Shown here piece by piece: positions 7,317 to 20,400 of a stretch of 64,000 nt of DNA; positions within the stretch are counted from its first letter, which is position 1, and every line of letters starts with the position of its first letter. The notes under the pieces were generated by a model. The model did not search any database. It was not told the origin of the DNA and saw only the letters and a program-made list of their open reading frames with translations. The position numbers were made by a program, and so were the translations under genes. Source of the stretch: Escherichia phage JS98; sequence record NC_010105.1; one strand, 5' to 3'.

Positions 7317-7603
7317 TGTGGCCACATATTAATGTAATCAAGTTTAATAGAAGCAATTTTCAAAGGATTTTTAAAGATGTCATATTCGACCAACCCATTT
7401 TCATTTGCCGTATAAAAAGTAAAGTTAACAGAATTATAGCGTTGGCTGTTAACTTTGAGTTTAACATCGCTTGAACTACGGCCAATATTAACCTGTTGAA
7501 CATCAAGCACAGCATCTTTGCCGTAATTTCGAATCAACAACTCAGCTGCAACCTGATCGGATTTATAGCCATTCTCTGGATTAGTAACCTTAACGTATAA
7601 CAT
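7313..7603 (-). CDS. hypothetical protein (96 aa)
   Basis: ORF track; ATG start directly after upstream stop. Confidence 0.55.
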   Translation of the reverse strand: MLYVKVTNPENGYKSDQVAAELLIRNYGKDAVLDVQQVNIGRSSSDVKLKVNSQRYNSVNFTFYTANENGLVEYDIFKNPLKIASIKLDYINMWPQ

Positions 7604-8005
7604 TTAACCCTCGTCTACAATAGTGTGGGTATTGGCATTAACAATCTGCCACCAGCCAAAACGATTAGAACCGTAAAGAGGCTTATTCTCGTTTTCTTTA
7701 ATGATATCGCGCAGTTCATCTTCAGAGAAGGCTTTAGCGATTAAATCAGTATACCCACCGCGTGGATAATAATTATCACCCGCAAACAAAAGGAAATTTA
7801 CCTTTCCGGAAGGAACATATGCTTCCTTAGGATACTTGTTTCCTGCGTGGTCGACAACTTCAATATAACGGTAAGGAATATCAGTACTTTCAACCCATTG
7901 CCATGCTGCTGCAGGGGATTCAAAAGCATCAACACCTAAACGATTATCTTCATCTTTAGACGGATTATTTTCGTAATCCGCATATACATAATATTCAACG
8001 TTCAT
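7604..8005 (-). CDS. hypothetical protein (133 aa)
   Basis: ORF track; TAATG overlap with upstream gene. Confidence 0.55.
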   Translation of the reverse strand: MNVEYYVYADYENNPSKDEDNRLGVDAFESPAAAWQWVESTDIPYRYIEVVDHAGNKYPKEAYVPSGKVNFLLFAGDNYYPRGGYTDLIAKAFSEDELRDIIKENENKPLYGSNRFGWWQIVNANTHTIVDEG

Positions 8006-8190
8006 TATTCACCTTTAGAGATTTTATCCATAACGAAAGAGATTGAACCAATTAAGAATGCCACTACTAAAGAGATTGTATTCTCGGAAGTTGTAAGCAA
8101 ATCCAACATGAATCCTGCAAACATACTAAAGCCAAAAGCAGTAACGGCGGTCAGTGCAGTAACATTTCTAATTAATTCACAACGTTTCAT
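8005..8190 (-). CDS. small membrane protein (61 aa, 2 predicted TM helices)
   Basis: ORF track start 8202 is TTG; ATG 8190 with GGAGAA SD; early promoter upstream. Confidence 0.5.
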   Translation of the reverse strand: MKRCELIRNVTALTAVTAFGFSMFAGFMLDLLTTSENTISLVVAFLIGSISFVMDKISKGE

Positions 8191-8212
8191 TTTATTCTCC
8201 AATCACTCATTT

Positions 8213-8257
8213 GTTTTGATAGGGCTATAGTATCATCAACTAAAGCCCGTTGTAAAC
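8213..8257 (-). promoter_or_regulatory. early promoter with conserved downstream box
   Basis: Minus strand GTTTAC-N19-TACTAT-AGCCCTATCAAAAC. Confidence 0.45.
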
Positions 8258-8259
8258 AA

Positions 8260-8553
8260 TTATTTTGTAATTTCTTTGATTTTAGAAACTACTTTATCTT
8301 TGGTAAGACCGGAAAAAGTCTTATATTTTGTAAAGTGGATATCATCACCAAGATTAATATAATATTTCTTTTTAACCGTATTGAATGCTATACTAACAGG
8401 TTTACCATTTACTGTAATAGTAATTTGCTGAGCCTTATCAACATCACCTGAGCCAAAGGCTCTTTTAATATCGCTACTAATATCGGCCATAGCCGCTTTG
8501 TTAATGGAATACAAATCTGTCGATTCTTTGATAAATTCTTGATAAGTTTTCAT
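8260..8553 (-). CDS. internal head protein (IPI/IPII-like) with capsid-targeting sequence
   Basis: N-terminus MKTYQEFIKE matches T4 IP capsid-targeting sequence; position next to 57B corresponds to the hypervariable ipI locus of T4-like phages. Confidence 0.65.
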   Translation of the reverse strand: MKTYQEFIKESTDLYSINKAAMADISSDIKRAFGSGDVDKAQQITITVNGKPVSIAFNTVKKKYYINLGDDIHFTKYKTFSGLTKDKVVSKIKEITK

Positions 8554-8578
8554 TTTTTGTTTCCGTTAGGTTGGGTTT

Positions 8579-8621
8579 GTTTTGATAGGGCTATAGTATC
8601 ATGCCTATAGACCTTGTAAAC
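8579..8621 (-). promoter_or_regulatory. early promoter with conserved downstream box
   Basis: Minus strand GTTTAC-N17-TGaTACTAT-AGCCCTATCAAAAC. Confidence 0.5.
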
Positions 8622-8632
8622 ATCTTTTTAAA

Positions 8633-9516
<884 letters not shown>

Positions 9517-9524
<8 letters not shown>

Positions 9525-10278
9525 TTTTATTTCCTAATAATTTATCAATAGTAGTGTATAGTTCAGAAAGAGTGCCGTTATTTTCAACAACAACGTCACC
9601 AGGTAAAATTGGTAGACCCGCTTCAGTGATGTGCGAGTCTTGTACTTGACCGGTTTCAGCGCGAACTACATGAATAATCGTAGCACCCATCGCTCTGAGC
9701 GAATCAATTTCATGTGTTTGACGAACATCAGGTACGACATAGTATTTCGCATCAGAGTATATTTTATCAAAATAGTCTAAAGCGAACAACTTAACCCAAT
9801 ACATCTTATCAAATTGGTTAACAATAATATCAGTCCCAAGGGTCTGCATGAGACGACGTACTGACCAATTGTTATTTTTATTTATTACTTCAAATAGCTG
9901 GTCTTTTGTTTCTTCAGACAGATACTGGACCGGGGTAAGACCATAATGATATGCGGTAAGAACATCAATTCCTGGAATAGGAAGGATATTATTCAGTTTA
10001 ACAATAGCATGTTCAAAAATATCAACCACATCATATGGTTTTAAAGGAAGGATTTCTTCACGGTCGTAACCGATACCTTCAAAACAGTTAAAATCAAGTT
10101 TAGGCATATAACTACGGTCGAATACAGGGTCATCAGATATGTATTCATAAGCTTCAGCCAGATACTTTTTAATAGGACCAGCGAGTTGGAATTTTACGGA
10201 ATCCATATTCTCAATTACATAGTTAGCAACGGTATCCTTACCGCTACGTTTGATTCCTACAATTGATATTAGTTTCAT
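9517..10278 (-). CDS. 1: gp1 deoxynucleoside monophosphate kinase
   Basis: P-loop GIKRSGKDT; size and synteny with T4 gene 1. Confidence 0.8.
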
Positions 10279-10868
10279 TATTTTCTCATAGATGGATGCA
10301 TAGACATACGAGCCACACGTTGTTCGGCATACGAATCAATTTGTGGACGACCTGTAACTATTGTACCATCTATTTCTACAGCAAACGATTTGAAGTTGAA
10401 TGTTGCTGTAGCGATTATCGCAGGGTCGGAATCTTCTTTATAAGAGTACTGAATCTCGGAAAGGTCGGATGGCCAACCGCCGTAGTAATGAATGCTCATT
10501 ACGATTTTCTGTTTGTTGTTATCAAGAATGTGGAGGGTGATAGCCTCAGGCTGGCCTTTAGGATGCCAGGCTTCTGAATCATGGGTTACATAGTTGTTTA
10601 ATGACAGCATCCACTTATAAACGTCAAGCCATGATTTCAATTCACGGTCTACAAGAAAGTTCACAATCAACGGGTCGAATTCTACTGTAGAACCTGGCAT
10701 CTTAGCACGGTGTATGCCCTGGGTCGATCCTGGGACGTCTGAGACCGGAATATGGATACCAGGTAGTGTTACATCTTGCACGTTTAATTTGAATGCCTGC
10801 GTCATTCCTGCGTCACTAACCTCTAAGATAAAGTTGGTAGTGTTAGTTTGGTTAAATAAACCGTTCAT
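10278..10868 (-). CDS. 3: gp3 tail tube terminator/sheath stabilizer (start uncertain)
   Basis: Synteny (between 1 and 2); ORF track start 11006 overlaps gp2; ATG 10868 has AGGAAT SD, ATG 10805 would give 175 aa as in T4; a 9-bp inverted repeat (tagccagtg ... cactggcta) lies in the 10869-10953 gap. Confidence 0.6.
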   Translation of the reverse strand: MNGLFNQTNTTNFILEVSDAGMTQAFKLNVQDVTLPGIHIPVSDVPGSTQGIHRAKMPGSTVEFDPLIVNFLVDRELKSWLDVYKWMLSLNNYVTHDSEAWHPKGQPEAITLHILDNNKQKIVMSIHYYGGWPSDLSEIQYSYKEDSDPAIIATATFNFKSFAVEIDGTIVTGRPQIDSYAEQRVARMSMHPSMRK

Positions 10869-10953
10869 ATGATTCCTATATTGCTTAAGTCCTAGCCAGT
10901 GTATAATGGTCCTAGGTCTGTTCCATTCAATAACTGGCTGGGATAATAGATTA

Positions 10954-11781
10954 TTATGCGTTCTTCCATACTTTCTGAGCTGAGTAACGCTTACCTTTAG
11001 ATACAAATTGCTGAAGCGGAAGCATGACTACATTAGCCCAATCAGAAGGTTTTATCTCTACTAAAGGACCCTTGATATTTCCAGGGATATAAGCCTTAAT
11101 CATCACGTCAGCGCCAGCGAATCCTTTTACCTTACTCCAATCGATTTTTAATTTAGTCGAGTTCGTAATGGTAGGCGTACTCGCGTATTGCTTCAGCAAT
11201 TCTTCTAGAAATTGCTGGCGTGCTTTAGGCGGAATATAGTGTAAGTTCAACCCGTACATCAGATTATGCTTACCAAGCCCAAGATAAATGATTAAAGGAT
11301 ATTTGTCCCAGTAGGGTAATGTGTCCTTGTGTTTAGCATCATAGATATAAGCATAAAGCTTACCAGGAGATGGTTTAGATACCTGGTGTCCACGAATTCC
11401 TTTCTTTAATGTTTCTGTAAACCATTTAGCTGATTTATTGTTTACAGCAGCGCCTTCGTTAGCAATCTTATCACGAATACTCTTTCTAAAACTATTCACC
11501 AAAATTAATTGACGCTCAGCTTTGGTTAATTTATTGCCAGGTTTCTTCTGGAGTTTTTCGACCTGTACAGCAGTTTTAATTCGACTCGAGTATCGAGACA
11601 TCGCAGATGTAAAGCTAGAATACTTAATGCCTTTATCTTCAGCGAATTTCTTAGCCGAGACGCCTTTGGCCTTAGCTTTGGCATATTCAACACCTAAAGC
11701 TATCCATTGTTGCTCTGAACGAGTAGGCTTAGAACCTTTTGTGGTTTCAGTGGCCTCATTGATGTAGGAAAATATACTCAT
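10954..11781 (-). CDS. 2: gp2 DNA end protector protein
   Basis: Synteny and size (275 aa); ATG 11781 overlaps gp4 stop (ATGA). Confidence 0.75.
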   Translation of the reverse strand: MSIFSYINEATETTKGSKPTRSEQQWIALGVEYAKAKAKGVSAKKFAEDKGIKYSSFTSAMSRYSSRIKTAVQVEKLQKKPGNKLTKAERQLILVNSFRKSIRDKIANEGAAVNNKSAKWFTETLKKGIRGHQVSKPSPGKLYAYIYDAKHKDTLPYWDKYPLIIYLGLGKHNLMYGLNLHYIPPKARQQFLEELLKQYASTPTITNSTKLKIDWSKVKGFAGADVMIKAYIPGNIKGPLVEIKPSDWANVVMLPLQQFVSKGKRYSAQKVWKNA

Positions 11782-12227
11782 CCTTTCCATCCTAATTTTT
11801 TCAGTGAGTTTTCAGTTATCAATCTAAAATTGATTCCCATTTTATCTGCTGTAGCTTTAGCAGCTTTCCATTTATCTTTATTTACACTCCATGTATAATG
11901 TTCGTTGATATATCTCTTTTTAGCGGCTGTAGTCATTTTAGCAGGAGCCGCTGGAGGATGGGTTTCTTTAAAAGGTTTGACTTCAAAAAAGAATTGTTGG
12001 CCGTTATCAAACTTAACCCAGAAGTCCATAAAATATCGACGTTTCTTTCCATCAGCATTACTAAAATACGGAATAACTACCTCTTCAGAGTTCCATTGGA
12101 CTACGTTAGGATGATTGTCAAGCCAACGCATGAGCCATGCTTCCCATGAGGAACGATATTGGATTTTCTTCCAGTCACCTTTATATTTTTGTAAGTTGGT
12201 AGGTTTAAATTTCCCTGAGTAAGCCAT
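11778..12227 (-). CDS. 4: gp4 head completion protein
   Basis: 149 aa, synteny with T4 gene 4; GGAGG SD. Confidence 0.8.
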   Translation of the reverse strand: MAYSGKFKPTNLQKYKGDWKKIQYRSSWEAWLMRWLDNHPNVVQWNSEEVVIPYFSNADGKKRRYFMDFWVKFDNGQQFFFEVKPFKETHPPAAPAKMTTAAKKRYINEHYTWSVNKDKWKAAKATADKMGINFRLITENSLKKLGWKG

Positions 12228-12238
12228 AGTTGCCTCCT

Positions 12239-12246
12239 TATAAATA
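12239..12246 (+). promoter_or_regulatory. late promoter TATAAATA (gene 53)
   Basis: Exact TATAAATA about 28 nt upstream of ATG. Confidence 0.6.
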
Positions 12247-12273
12247 TTAATATTATTTATACTCGGAGGCCCT

Positions 12274-12876
12274 ATGCTCTTCTCATTTTTCGATCCTATC
12301 GATTACGAATCAAAAACAGTCAAGCCAGATTCCGGCTCATTAACAAATGCCGATGTATTGAGCGTGCCGATGACTGATATATTTAGAAATTATAAAGAAT
12401 ACTTTGATAGAGTGGCTAAAAATTATACACTAAAAACTTATTATATCAATGGAGCCCCGCGTCCGGAAGAATTAGCCCATCTTCTTTATGGCAATGTCCA
12501 ATTATATTGGGTTCTACTGATGTGTAATAATATATACGACCCGTATTATGGATGGATTACCGGCCAAGAAGCCGCCTACCAAGCAGCCATCCAAAGATAT
12601 TCTACTGCTGGTGGAAACCAGGTCCTTTACCATGTAAACGAAAAAGGCGAGAAATTCTGGAATCTTGTCAACACACCGGAAAATCCGTATACTTGGTATG
12701 ATAAAGGCGATACAGAAAAACGCTATCCTCAATACGAAGGCCCATTGGCCGCAGTAGATATTTACGAGGATGCTATTCGCAAAAATGAATATAAGCGCGA
12801 AATAAAAATTATAGACCCTAATGATATTGAGTCTTTTATTTCTGCTCTTATTCGTGAAATGGAGAAAGCCCTCTAA
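12274..12876 (+). CDS. 53: gp53 baseplate wedge subunit
   Basis: Sequence closely resembles T4 gp53 as recalled (MLF.FFDP..., TDIFRNYK); late promoter TATAAATA at 12239-12246. Confidence 0.85.
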   Translation: MLFSFFDPIDYESKTVKPDSGSLTNADVLSVPMTDIFRNYKEYFDRVAKNYTLKTYYINGAPRPEELAHLLYGNVQLYWVLLMCNNIYDPYYGWITGQEAAYQAAIQRYSTAGGNQVLYHVNEKGEKFWNLVNTPENPYTWYDKGDTEKRYPQYEGPLAAVDIYEDAIRKNEYKREIKIIDPNDIESFISALIREMEKAL

Positions 12877-14618
12877 TGATTAACATGTCTGATAATTTAA
12901 GTTGGTTCGTCGGTGTAGTTGAAGACCGAATGGACCCACTCAAACAGGGCCGAGTACGCGTACGCGTCTGGGGTATGCATCCATATGAAAAAGTACAAGG
13001 TCCTGTAAAAGGCCTTCGTACAGAAGATTTACCATGGATGTCGGTATTAATGCCTACATCTTCTGCCTCTGTTTCAGGTATCCAAACCGCTATGACTGGT
13101 ATGGTCCCAGGTACACAAGTTTATGGCCATTTTCTTGATAAGTGGAAATTAAACGGGCTTGTCCTCGGCACATATGGTTCAGCTTCAAAACAAAAGGCAA
13201 ATCCAAACGAAGGTTTTAGTGACCCAACAGGACAGTATCCGCTTTATTTAGGTAATGATGCCGCTGCACTAAACCGAGGCGGTGAAGTTGGATATGATGC
13301 CACTTCTAACGTAATACAAGATGCAAACACTGATGTAGGTATTAATCCTGACGGTTTGGATTTAAGCCAAGTTAAGCCTGATGATAATCCTAATTTCACA
13401 ATAGAAAACATGCTTCATCGTGATGAGGGTCTTCGTCTGAAGGTATATTGGGATACCGAAGGATATCCTACCATAGGTATAGGTCACCTTATTACTCCAC
13501 AACCTATTAGAGATATGAATCAGATAAACAAAATATTATCTAATCAAATAGGTCGAGAAGTTAAAGGTAACCCTGGTGCAATATCAATGGACGAGGCTTC
13601 TAAGTTATTCCAAGAAGACCTTAAAAAAGTTCAAAACGATATAGGCCGGCATAGTGTTGTAGGTCCTGTTTACAATAAAGAAAACCGTTCAAGACAAATG
13701 GCTCTTGAAAACATGGCTTTCCAAATGGGTTTAGGTGGACTTGCTAAATTTAAAACGATGCTCGGTGCAATGTTAGTCGGAGATTATAAGAAAGCATTTG
13801 ATGCCGCTCGTGATTCTGTATGGTTTAACCAAACTAAAGGCCGTGCCTCAAGGGTATCAATGATTATCCTTACAGGTAATATGGAATCATACGGTATTAT
13901 GGCCCCTAAAGAAAGAGAATTTAATGGCCGTTCTTATAGGATGATTCAAACCTTTGCAGCCCCTACAAATTCTGACCCTGCCGACCCGTGGACTCCGGAA
14001 GATACAAGGATTCTTTTTAAAGAACCTGATTCTAGTTATAAAGGCGAATACCCATATGTCCAAACCATGCAAACTGAAGGCGGGCATATCCAAGAATTCG
14101 ATAACACCCCAGGGCAAGAACGTTACCGATTAATCCACCCTACAGGTAGTTATGAAGAAGTCGCTCCTGACGGACGTAAAACTTCTAAGACGGTAGCCGA
14201 CGGGTATTATATGACCCAAGGCGATTCTAATACTTATGTTGGTGGTAATAATAAAGTCAATATAGGTGGCGATGAAACCTATTATAATATGGCAAACGTT
14301 CGACGTCAAACTGACGGTTCTGAAAGCATCCATATTCGTGGTAATGAAACCAAAACGGTAGAAGGCGACGGGACCCTTATTGTTAAAGGAAATGTTACGG
14401 TTATTGTTGAAGGCAATGCTGATATAACTGTTAAAGGTGATGCAAAAACCTTAGTCGAAGGCAACCATGATTATACAGTAAATGGAAATGTTAAGTGGTC
14501 GGTAAACGGAAACGTCGATATGACTGTTGCCGGTAATTGGTCTGAAACTATGTCGACTATGAGTTCTATTGCGTCCGGTCAATATACTATTGATGGTTCG
14601 AGGATTGACATTGGCTAA
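12876..14618 (+). CDS. 5: gp5 baseplate hub subunit and tail lysozyme
   Basis: OB-fold N-terminus, lysozyme domain motif EGLRLKVYWDTEGYPTIGIGHL, C-terminal beta-helix repeats (VEGDGTLIVKGNVTVIVEGNADITVKGDAK). Confidence 0.9.
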   Translation: MINMSDNLSWFVGVVEDRMDPLKQGRVRVRVWGMHPYEKVQGPVKGLRTEDLPWMSVLMPTSSASVSGIQTAMTGMVPGTQVYGHFLDKWKLNGLVLGTYGSASKQKANPNEGFSDPTGQYPLYLGNDAAALNRGGEVGYDATSNVIQDANTDVGINPDGLDLSQVKPDDNPNFTIENMLHRDEGLRLKVYWDTEGYPTIGIGHLITPQPIRDMNQINKILSNQIGREVKGNPGAISMDEASKLFQEDLKKVQNDIGRHSVVGPVYNKENRSRQMALENMAFQMGLGGLAKFKTMLGAMLVGDYKKAFDAARDSVWFNQTKGRASRVSMIILTGNMESYGIMAPKEREFNGRSYRMIQTFAAPTNSDPADPWTPEDTRILFKEPDSSYKGEYPYVQTMQTEGGHIQEFDNTPGQERYRLIHPTGSYEEVAPDGRKTSKTVADGYYMTQGDSNTYVGGNNKVNIGGDETYYNMANVRRQTDGSESIHIRGNETKTVEGDGTLIVKGNVTVIVEGNADITVKGDAKTLVEGNHDYTVNGNVKWSVNGNVDMTVAGNWSETMSTMSSIASGQYTIDGSRIDIG

Positions 14619-14628
14619 TATTTTACCT

Positions 14629-15150
14629 ATGAGCACAGATTTAGGAGACTCCATGGAAGGAGCCTCAATCGATGTTACGTTTACCGCTCAATTAGAAACA
14701 AACGAAACATTAGTTGAAATAAATATAACAGAATATGAGCCAACAGAAGGCATTATTGTCGATGGGGCTCGTTTATACGGAACCTATGAATCGGTATTCG
14801 GATTTTCTGAAGATGCGTTAAAATATCGATTAGGCGATGAATTTAAAACAGCAGGTTCATGGAAAGATTTACCAGAGGACAAGAGCACTCAATTATACCT
14901 CTGGAAAGCCCCTGGTAATCTTCAGAAGACTTTTTCCTATACCGTCACATTAATCTATGACTTTCAGGAAGAGTCATCAGGAGGTGATACAGGGAGCTCA
15001 GGAGGAAGTAATTCTAGAGCCGGTAACGAAACAGACCCTCCTCCAGCACCAGTAAGAAAAACTCTTACTAAGGTTTATACCAAGGTTATAGTGGGTAATT
15101 GGAGCAAATGGGCTAATCAACTCAGAGAATATGTATATGCGAGGCCATAA
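14629..15150 (+). CDS. 5.1: gp5.1-like protein
   Basis: Position between 5 and 5.4; ORF track start 14569 overlaps gp5, first ATG after gp5 stop used. Confidence 0.55.
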   Translation: MSTDLGDSMEGASIDVTFTAQLETNETLVEINITEYEPTEGIIVDGARLYGTYESVFGFSEDALKYRLGDEFKTAGSWKDLPEDKSTQLYLWKAPGNLQKTFSYTVTLIYDFQEESSGGDTGSSGGSNSRAGNETDPPPAPVRKTLTKVYTKVIVGNWSKWANQLREYVYARP

Positions 15151-15443
15151 TGTCGGGCTTAAGTTATAACCAATGCGTAACAGCAGGTCATGAAGCATGG
15201 CCTCCTACAGTAATAAATGCCACCCAGGGTAAAGTATTTACAGGCGGTATTCCTGTATTAGTCGATGGGGACCCAATAACTCCTCATACAGAAATTAAAA
15301 AACCATATGAAACCCACGGTGGGGTAACCCAACCTAGAACATCAAAGGTATATGTTACAGGCAAAAAGGCTGTCCAAATGGCAGACCCTATTTCGTGCGG
15401 AGATACAGTCGCACAAGCCTCATCTAAAGTATTCATAAAATAG
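15150..15443 (+). CDS. 5.4: gp5.4 PAAR-repeat spike tip protein
   Basis: 97 aa as in T4; synteny; PAAR-like. Confidence 0.8.
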   Translation: MSGLSYNQCVTAGHEAWPPTVINATQGKVFTGGIPVLVDGDPITPHTEIKKPYETHGGVTQPRTSKVYVTGKKAVQMADPISCGDTVAQASSKVFIK

Positions 15444-15451
15444 GAATTAAA

Positions 15452-17410
15452 ATGGCTACTCCTACGAATTACCAATTAACAAGAACCGTTAACGCTATCC
15501 CAAAAGTATTTGTGGGAGCTACGTTTGAAGAAATTAAAAAGAATATTATCGATTGGCTTTCCAGCCAGGAAGAATTTAAGGATTACGATTTCGTTGGTTC
15601 TCGAATGAATATCCTTATTGATATGCTTGCTTATAATACTCTTTATATACAGCAATTTGCTAACACAGCTTTATACGAGTCTTTTATAGGAACGGCAAAC
15701 CTTCGTTCTTCGGTTGTCCAAGCTGCACAAGATAACGGATATCTTCCTAGTTCTAAATCAGCGGCAAAAACAAGTATTATGTTGACCTGTACTCAGGCCC
15801 TGAATGAAAAGAATATTCGTATCCCACGTGGTACTAAATTCTTGGCCTATGCTCGTGATACTTCAGCAGACCCGTATGCTTTTGTTACCACGGAAAACGT
15901 TATTGCCGTACGTGATGTTAATAACCAATATCTCCCTATTGTATCTTTAGCACAAGGTCGTATTATTCGTACCGAACTTAAGTATGACCCTAAAACTCCT
16001 ATTCTTATTCGTGACCCGGATATTGATAGACAAGAAGTTAAACTTTATGTCGATGGTGCAGAATGGACTAACTGGACTAATAAATCCATGGTTCATGCTG
16101 GTAGTACATCAACCATTTACTATATGCGTGAAACCGTAGATGGTAATACTGAATTCTTCTTTGGTGAAGGCGTTGCCGAAAAATCAGTTGCGGGTGGTGT
16201 ATTAGAAGCTAACTATATTGGTGGTTTAAAACCTGTTAAAGATGCTACCATTGTTATAGAATATCTTCGTACCGACGGTGAAGTTGCTAACGGAGCAGTG
16301 GACTTTAGTTATGCGGATTCTTTGGCATATATTACGGTTGAAAAAATTACAGAAAACTATGATGGGAACCCGGATTATGTAGGTGCTGATGGTGGTGGTG
16401 ACCCTGAAGATATCGAACGTATTCGTGAACTGGCTGTAGTTAAACGCGAAGCCCAGATGCGTGCCGTAACTGGTACGGATTATGATACATTCGTTTCAGA
16501 ACGATTTGGTTCTATTGTACAAGCAGTACAAACATTTACAGACCCAAATAAACCAGGTTACGCCTTTGTTACTATTAAACCTAAATCAGGATTGTATTTG
16601 ACTGCGGTTCAACGTGAAGATATCCAAAATTATCTTTCAGAATTTAACTTGGCGCCTATTACTCCTTCGGTTATTTCTCCAGACTACTTGTTCTTAAAGC
16701 ATAAAATTAAGGTTTCATATGCACTGAACAAATTACAGGAATCCGAACAATGGCTAACGGCTCAAATCCTTTCCCAAATAGACCGTTATTATATTAACGA
16801 AGTTGAAATATTCAACCATGGATTTGCCAAGTCTAAAATGCTGACTTATATTGATAATGCAGACCACAGTATCCTTGGCTCTTCGGCTACGGTAACAATG
16901 GTTCGCGAGGTATTAAACTTCTTCAAAACACCTGAAGCGGGTATTAAATACTATAATCAATACACCAACCGTTCTGTAACTTCTAGTGAATTTGAGTTCG
17001 TCCCAACAAACGTATCGGATGATATTAAATCTTATAACGTACGTATTGTTGCCACAGATAAAGACGAACGAGGCGATGGTAAAATGGTTATAGGTCCTTT
17101 CCGTCCAGGTGATGTAATTGAAAACCAATACATCCAACCTTATACCGGAGATGACTTCGATAAAATGGCAGCTCCTGCAGACCAATCGGTCTACTATGTT
17201 ATTGGCGAAATTGATTATTACTCAGACTTTATTTTCTGGGATATCGCCGCAATAGGCCTTACTTCCGACCGTTTTGAAGTCCAGTCTATTGAACTTTATG
17301 CAGGACCAGACCAAGACAACATCTTTACCAAAGACGGTTCTTTAATCGTATTTGAAGATGACCTTCGTCCTCAGTACACAACTATAGAGTTGGAACCAAT
17401 TACAATATAA
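15452..17410 (+). CDS. 6: gp6 baseplate wedge subunit
   Basis: 652 aa, synteny. Confidence 0.85.
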   Translation: MATPTNYQLTRTVNAIPKVFVGATFEEIKKNIIDWLSSQEEFKDYDFVGSRMNILIDMLAYNTLYIQQFANTALYESFIGTANLRSSVVQAAQDNGYLPSSKSAAKTSIMLTCTQALNEKNIRIPRGTKFLAYARDTSADPYAFVTTENVIAVRDVNNQYLPIVSLAQGRIIRTELKYDPKTPILIRDPDIDRQEVKLYVDGAEWTNWTNKSMVHAGSTSTIYYMRETVDGNTEFFFGEGVAEKSVAGGVLEANYIGGLKPVKDATIVIEYLRTDGEVANGAVDFSYADSLAYITVEKITENYDGNPDYVGADGGGDPEDIERIRELAVVKREAQMRAVTGTDYDTFVSERFGSIVQAVQTFTDPNKPGYAFVTIKPKSGLYLTAVQREDIQNYLSEFNLAPITPSVISPDYLFLKHKIKVSYALNKLQESEQWLTAQILSQIDRYYINEVEIFNHGFAKSKMLTYIDNADHSILGSSATVTMVREVLNFFKTPEAGIKYYNQYTNRSVTSSEFEFVPTNVSDDIKSYNVRIVATDKDERGDGKMVIGPFRPGDVIENQYIQPYTGDDFDKMAAPADQSVYYVIGEIDYYSDFIFWDIAAIGLTSDRFEVQSIELYAGPDQDNIFTKDGSLIVFEDDLRPQYTTIELEPITI

Positions 17411-17437
17411 GCCTCTTCGGAGGTTTAAGGAGATTTA

Positions 17438-20400
17438 ATGTCTGTACAAGCGCCTTATGTTACTAGTCTGAGAATTGATAAGCTCTCGGCTAACCATGTG
17501 AGCATTCTTTGGGATGACGTAGGCGCCAACTTCTATTATTTCGTAGAACTGGCCCAAACGAAGGATGCGGGTGTAGAAATTCCCGACGATAGATTATTTT
17601 GGAGAAATTTAGGTTACACCCCTAATAACGAATGGTTTGAAGAGGCATTCATTTCTCCTAATTCATTTTATAAAATGCGAGTTGCGGTAGCTGCTCAGGG
17701 GTTTGAGCAGTCTGAGTGGGTTTACACTGAAGAATTTGAAACTTTCTCTACCAACGCATATACATTTGAGCATATGCGCGAATTCACGTTGTCTAATAAA
17801 TTTATTGAAGAAAAATTCACAAAAAATAATCAGAATTATGTGAACTTTAATACTGATGCCATTATGGCTTCCTTAATGACGGAAGATTTTAACTTTACGC
17901 CGGCGTATTCGCATTTGTCATCTATATCAAATTATGTTTTAAAAGCCGACCGATTCCATGAAATCCAAGGAAGCATTCAAGCAGTTTGTAAAGACCCTAG
18001 ACGTTCTATTTTAATGGAACTTGGTGGAGTTCTGTATCTTTTAGAAAGATTCCAAAGCACAGCTAAAGTTTCTAATGATAAAGGACAAAACTGGCACTAT
18101 ATTAGATTGTTTAACGATAGAGTGGGTAATCCAGTATCTAGAACGGCTCATTACCAAACAGAAACTACTACATACGTACTAGGTTATGACCAAATATTTT
18201 ACGGGCGTAAATCAAGTGATATTAGATGGTCTGCTGATGACGTTCGCTTTAGTTCTCAGGACGTAACATTTGCTAAAATCGGTAGTGATATAGACCTTCC
18301 GTTTGAAATAGAAATATTTGGGTCATACGCAAAACTCCCATTGCCTATTTCCACTATTGCCGAAGCTATGTGTGCTTCTGACGATTTCATTTATGTTGCG
18401 GGTAGAGACAGAGTTTATAAAGCAAAAACATCAGAGGCCCCTATAGACACTGACCCTAGCTCACCAACTTACGGCGAGAAGATATTTGAAAGCGGATATT
18501 CAACTATAACAGGGAACCCTAAAGCTGTTTGCTATAAATTAGATTCTATCCAAGGGCATACGTTTGCTTTAATTACAGGTGAAGTTAAAGAAGAAAAAAT
18601 GGACCCTACAGTAGAGGCTAATGTAATTGATTCTGAATCTAAAGGTGTCTATTGGTTGGATGTAGAAACAGATACTTGGACTCGCGTATTCGGAAATACT
18701 GAAGAAGAACGTCGTCGTATAGAGCATGGTTATACTAGCATGTCTACAGATGGCGAAGAGTTATTTTTCAGTTCAAGCAACTTTAGATATGAAGTAGAGG
18801 TTGATTCTGAACTTCCTTGGAAATATCCTGAAATTGTTACTTCGGCTGTTAAATACGTTAAAGACGAACAGTGGATTCATAATAAGCATTATTTGATGAT
18901 GAGCTTTAGGTCTAACTCTAAATCAGATTTTAAAGAATTTAAACCAGGTCGTATGGCTTATTATGCTGAACCATTCTTCAGTTGGTCACGTCGTGATGGA
19001 ACCCGTTCTTGGATTACTACAGGTGACCATGCGATGGTTGTTTATAACGATGCTTTGTATCAGAAAATAATCGACCTTAATAGTGGTTCATCGCCGGAAC
19101 GTATTGTTCACGAGATTTGGAATAAAGGATTTTGCAAAGTTACATCCCCTAATATCGAATTTAATGGCTTTAAAAAATATTCCTCTGGTATGATGATTCA
19201 CAAATCTACAGGTGAATTAGTTGGTTATTTTGAATTCGACTATCGTGTGCGTGATGAAGTCCGTGTTATTTGGAAGCCTAAAGAAATTATGTTTACGGCA
19301 GAGCTCCAAAACCAAGAGCATGAAATTCCATGGGCCCCTAAAGAAGAGACCGGCGAACAAGACCCTGATTTGAAACCGTTATTGGTCAAAATGGTTCCGG
19401 ATAGTTATTTACTCCAAGATTCCAATTTTGAAAAATTCTGCGAATATTATCTACAGTTTATTAGTGATGGTTCTGGCACTCATTATAATAATTTGTTAAA
19501 CCTTATTCGTAATCAGTATCCTCGTGAAGAAGACTCATGGGAATACCTATGGTCTGAAATTTATAAACGTAATATCTATTTGTCAAAAGAAAAACGCGAC
19601 GAAGTTGTTAGATTTTTCCAAGCTCGTCAGTCTGATTTTTGGTCAACTAAAGGTACTGAGGCTTCATATAAATTCCTGTTTAAATTGCTTTATAATGAAG
19701 ATGTCGAAATTGATATCGAGTCCAAGAACTCTATCGAATATGATATCATCGTAGAATCCGACAATATCAGTGAAGATATCGTAGGCCAAACAATTTATAC
19801 TCCTACAGGAAGAAGTAATGTTACTTATATAGAACGAAATTACAAAGATGGTAAATTGCAATGGCGTTTAACCATTCATAATCTTTTAGGTCGTTTTATA
19901 GTCGGTCAGGAAATCAAATCTGAACGTACTTCATTTAAGGGTATGATTGTTCAAGGCGTTCGTGGTAAAGAGCTTTTGAGTAACAATATCGATTATATCA
20001 ACCGTAACCGTTCTTACTATGTGATGACTATCAAGTCTAATCTCCCGACCTCTCGTTATCGCAATGACGTTTTGAGATTTGTTCATCCGGTAGGTTTCGG
20101 CTTTATAGGTATAACTTTGCTTTCTATGTTTGTTAACGTTGGTTTAACACTAAAACATACAGAAACCATTATTAATATCCTTAAGAACTATAAATGGGAC
20201 TCAGGTTTGCCATCTGAATGGTACGATAGAGTTGCTGTAATAGGTTTTGATGGTAATATAGAACGAGACCCTCGTACAGGTGCTCCGATGTACAACGTTG
20301 GACCTAAAGCAGGTGAACCGTTTGATATTCCTGCCGATTATGATGCAGAAAATGATTTCTCTGTATTCCAAGGTCAATTACCACACGAACGTATTAAAAA

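Noticed and set aside
12514-12732. Minus-strand ORF inside gp53, plus similar short antisense ORFs inside genes 5, 6, 7, 8, 17, 18, 20 and uvsW
   Set aside because: All nested antisense within well-supported structural genes; no SD or promoter signals.
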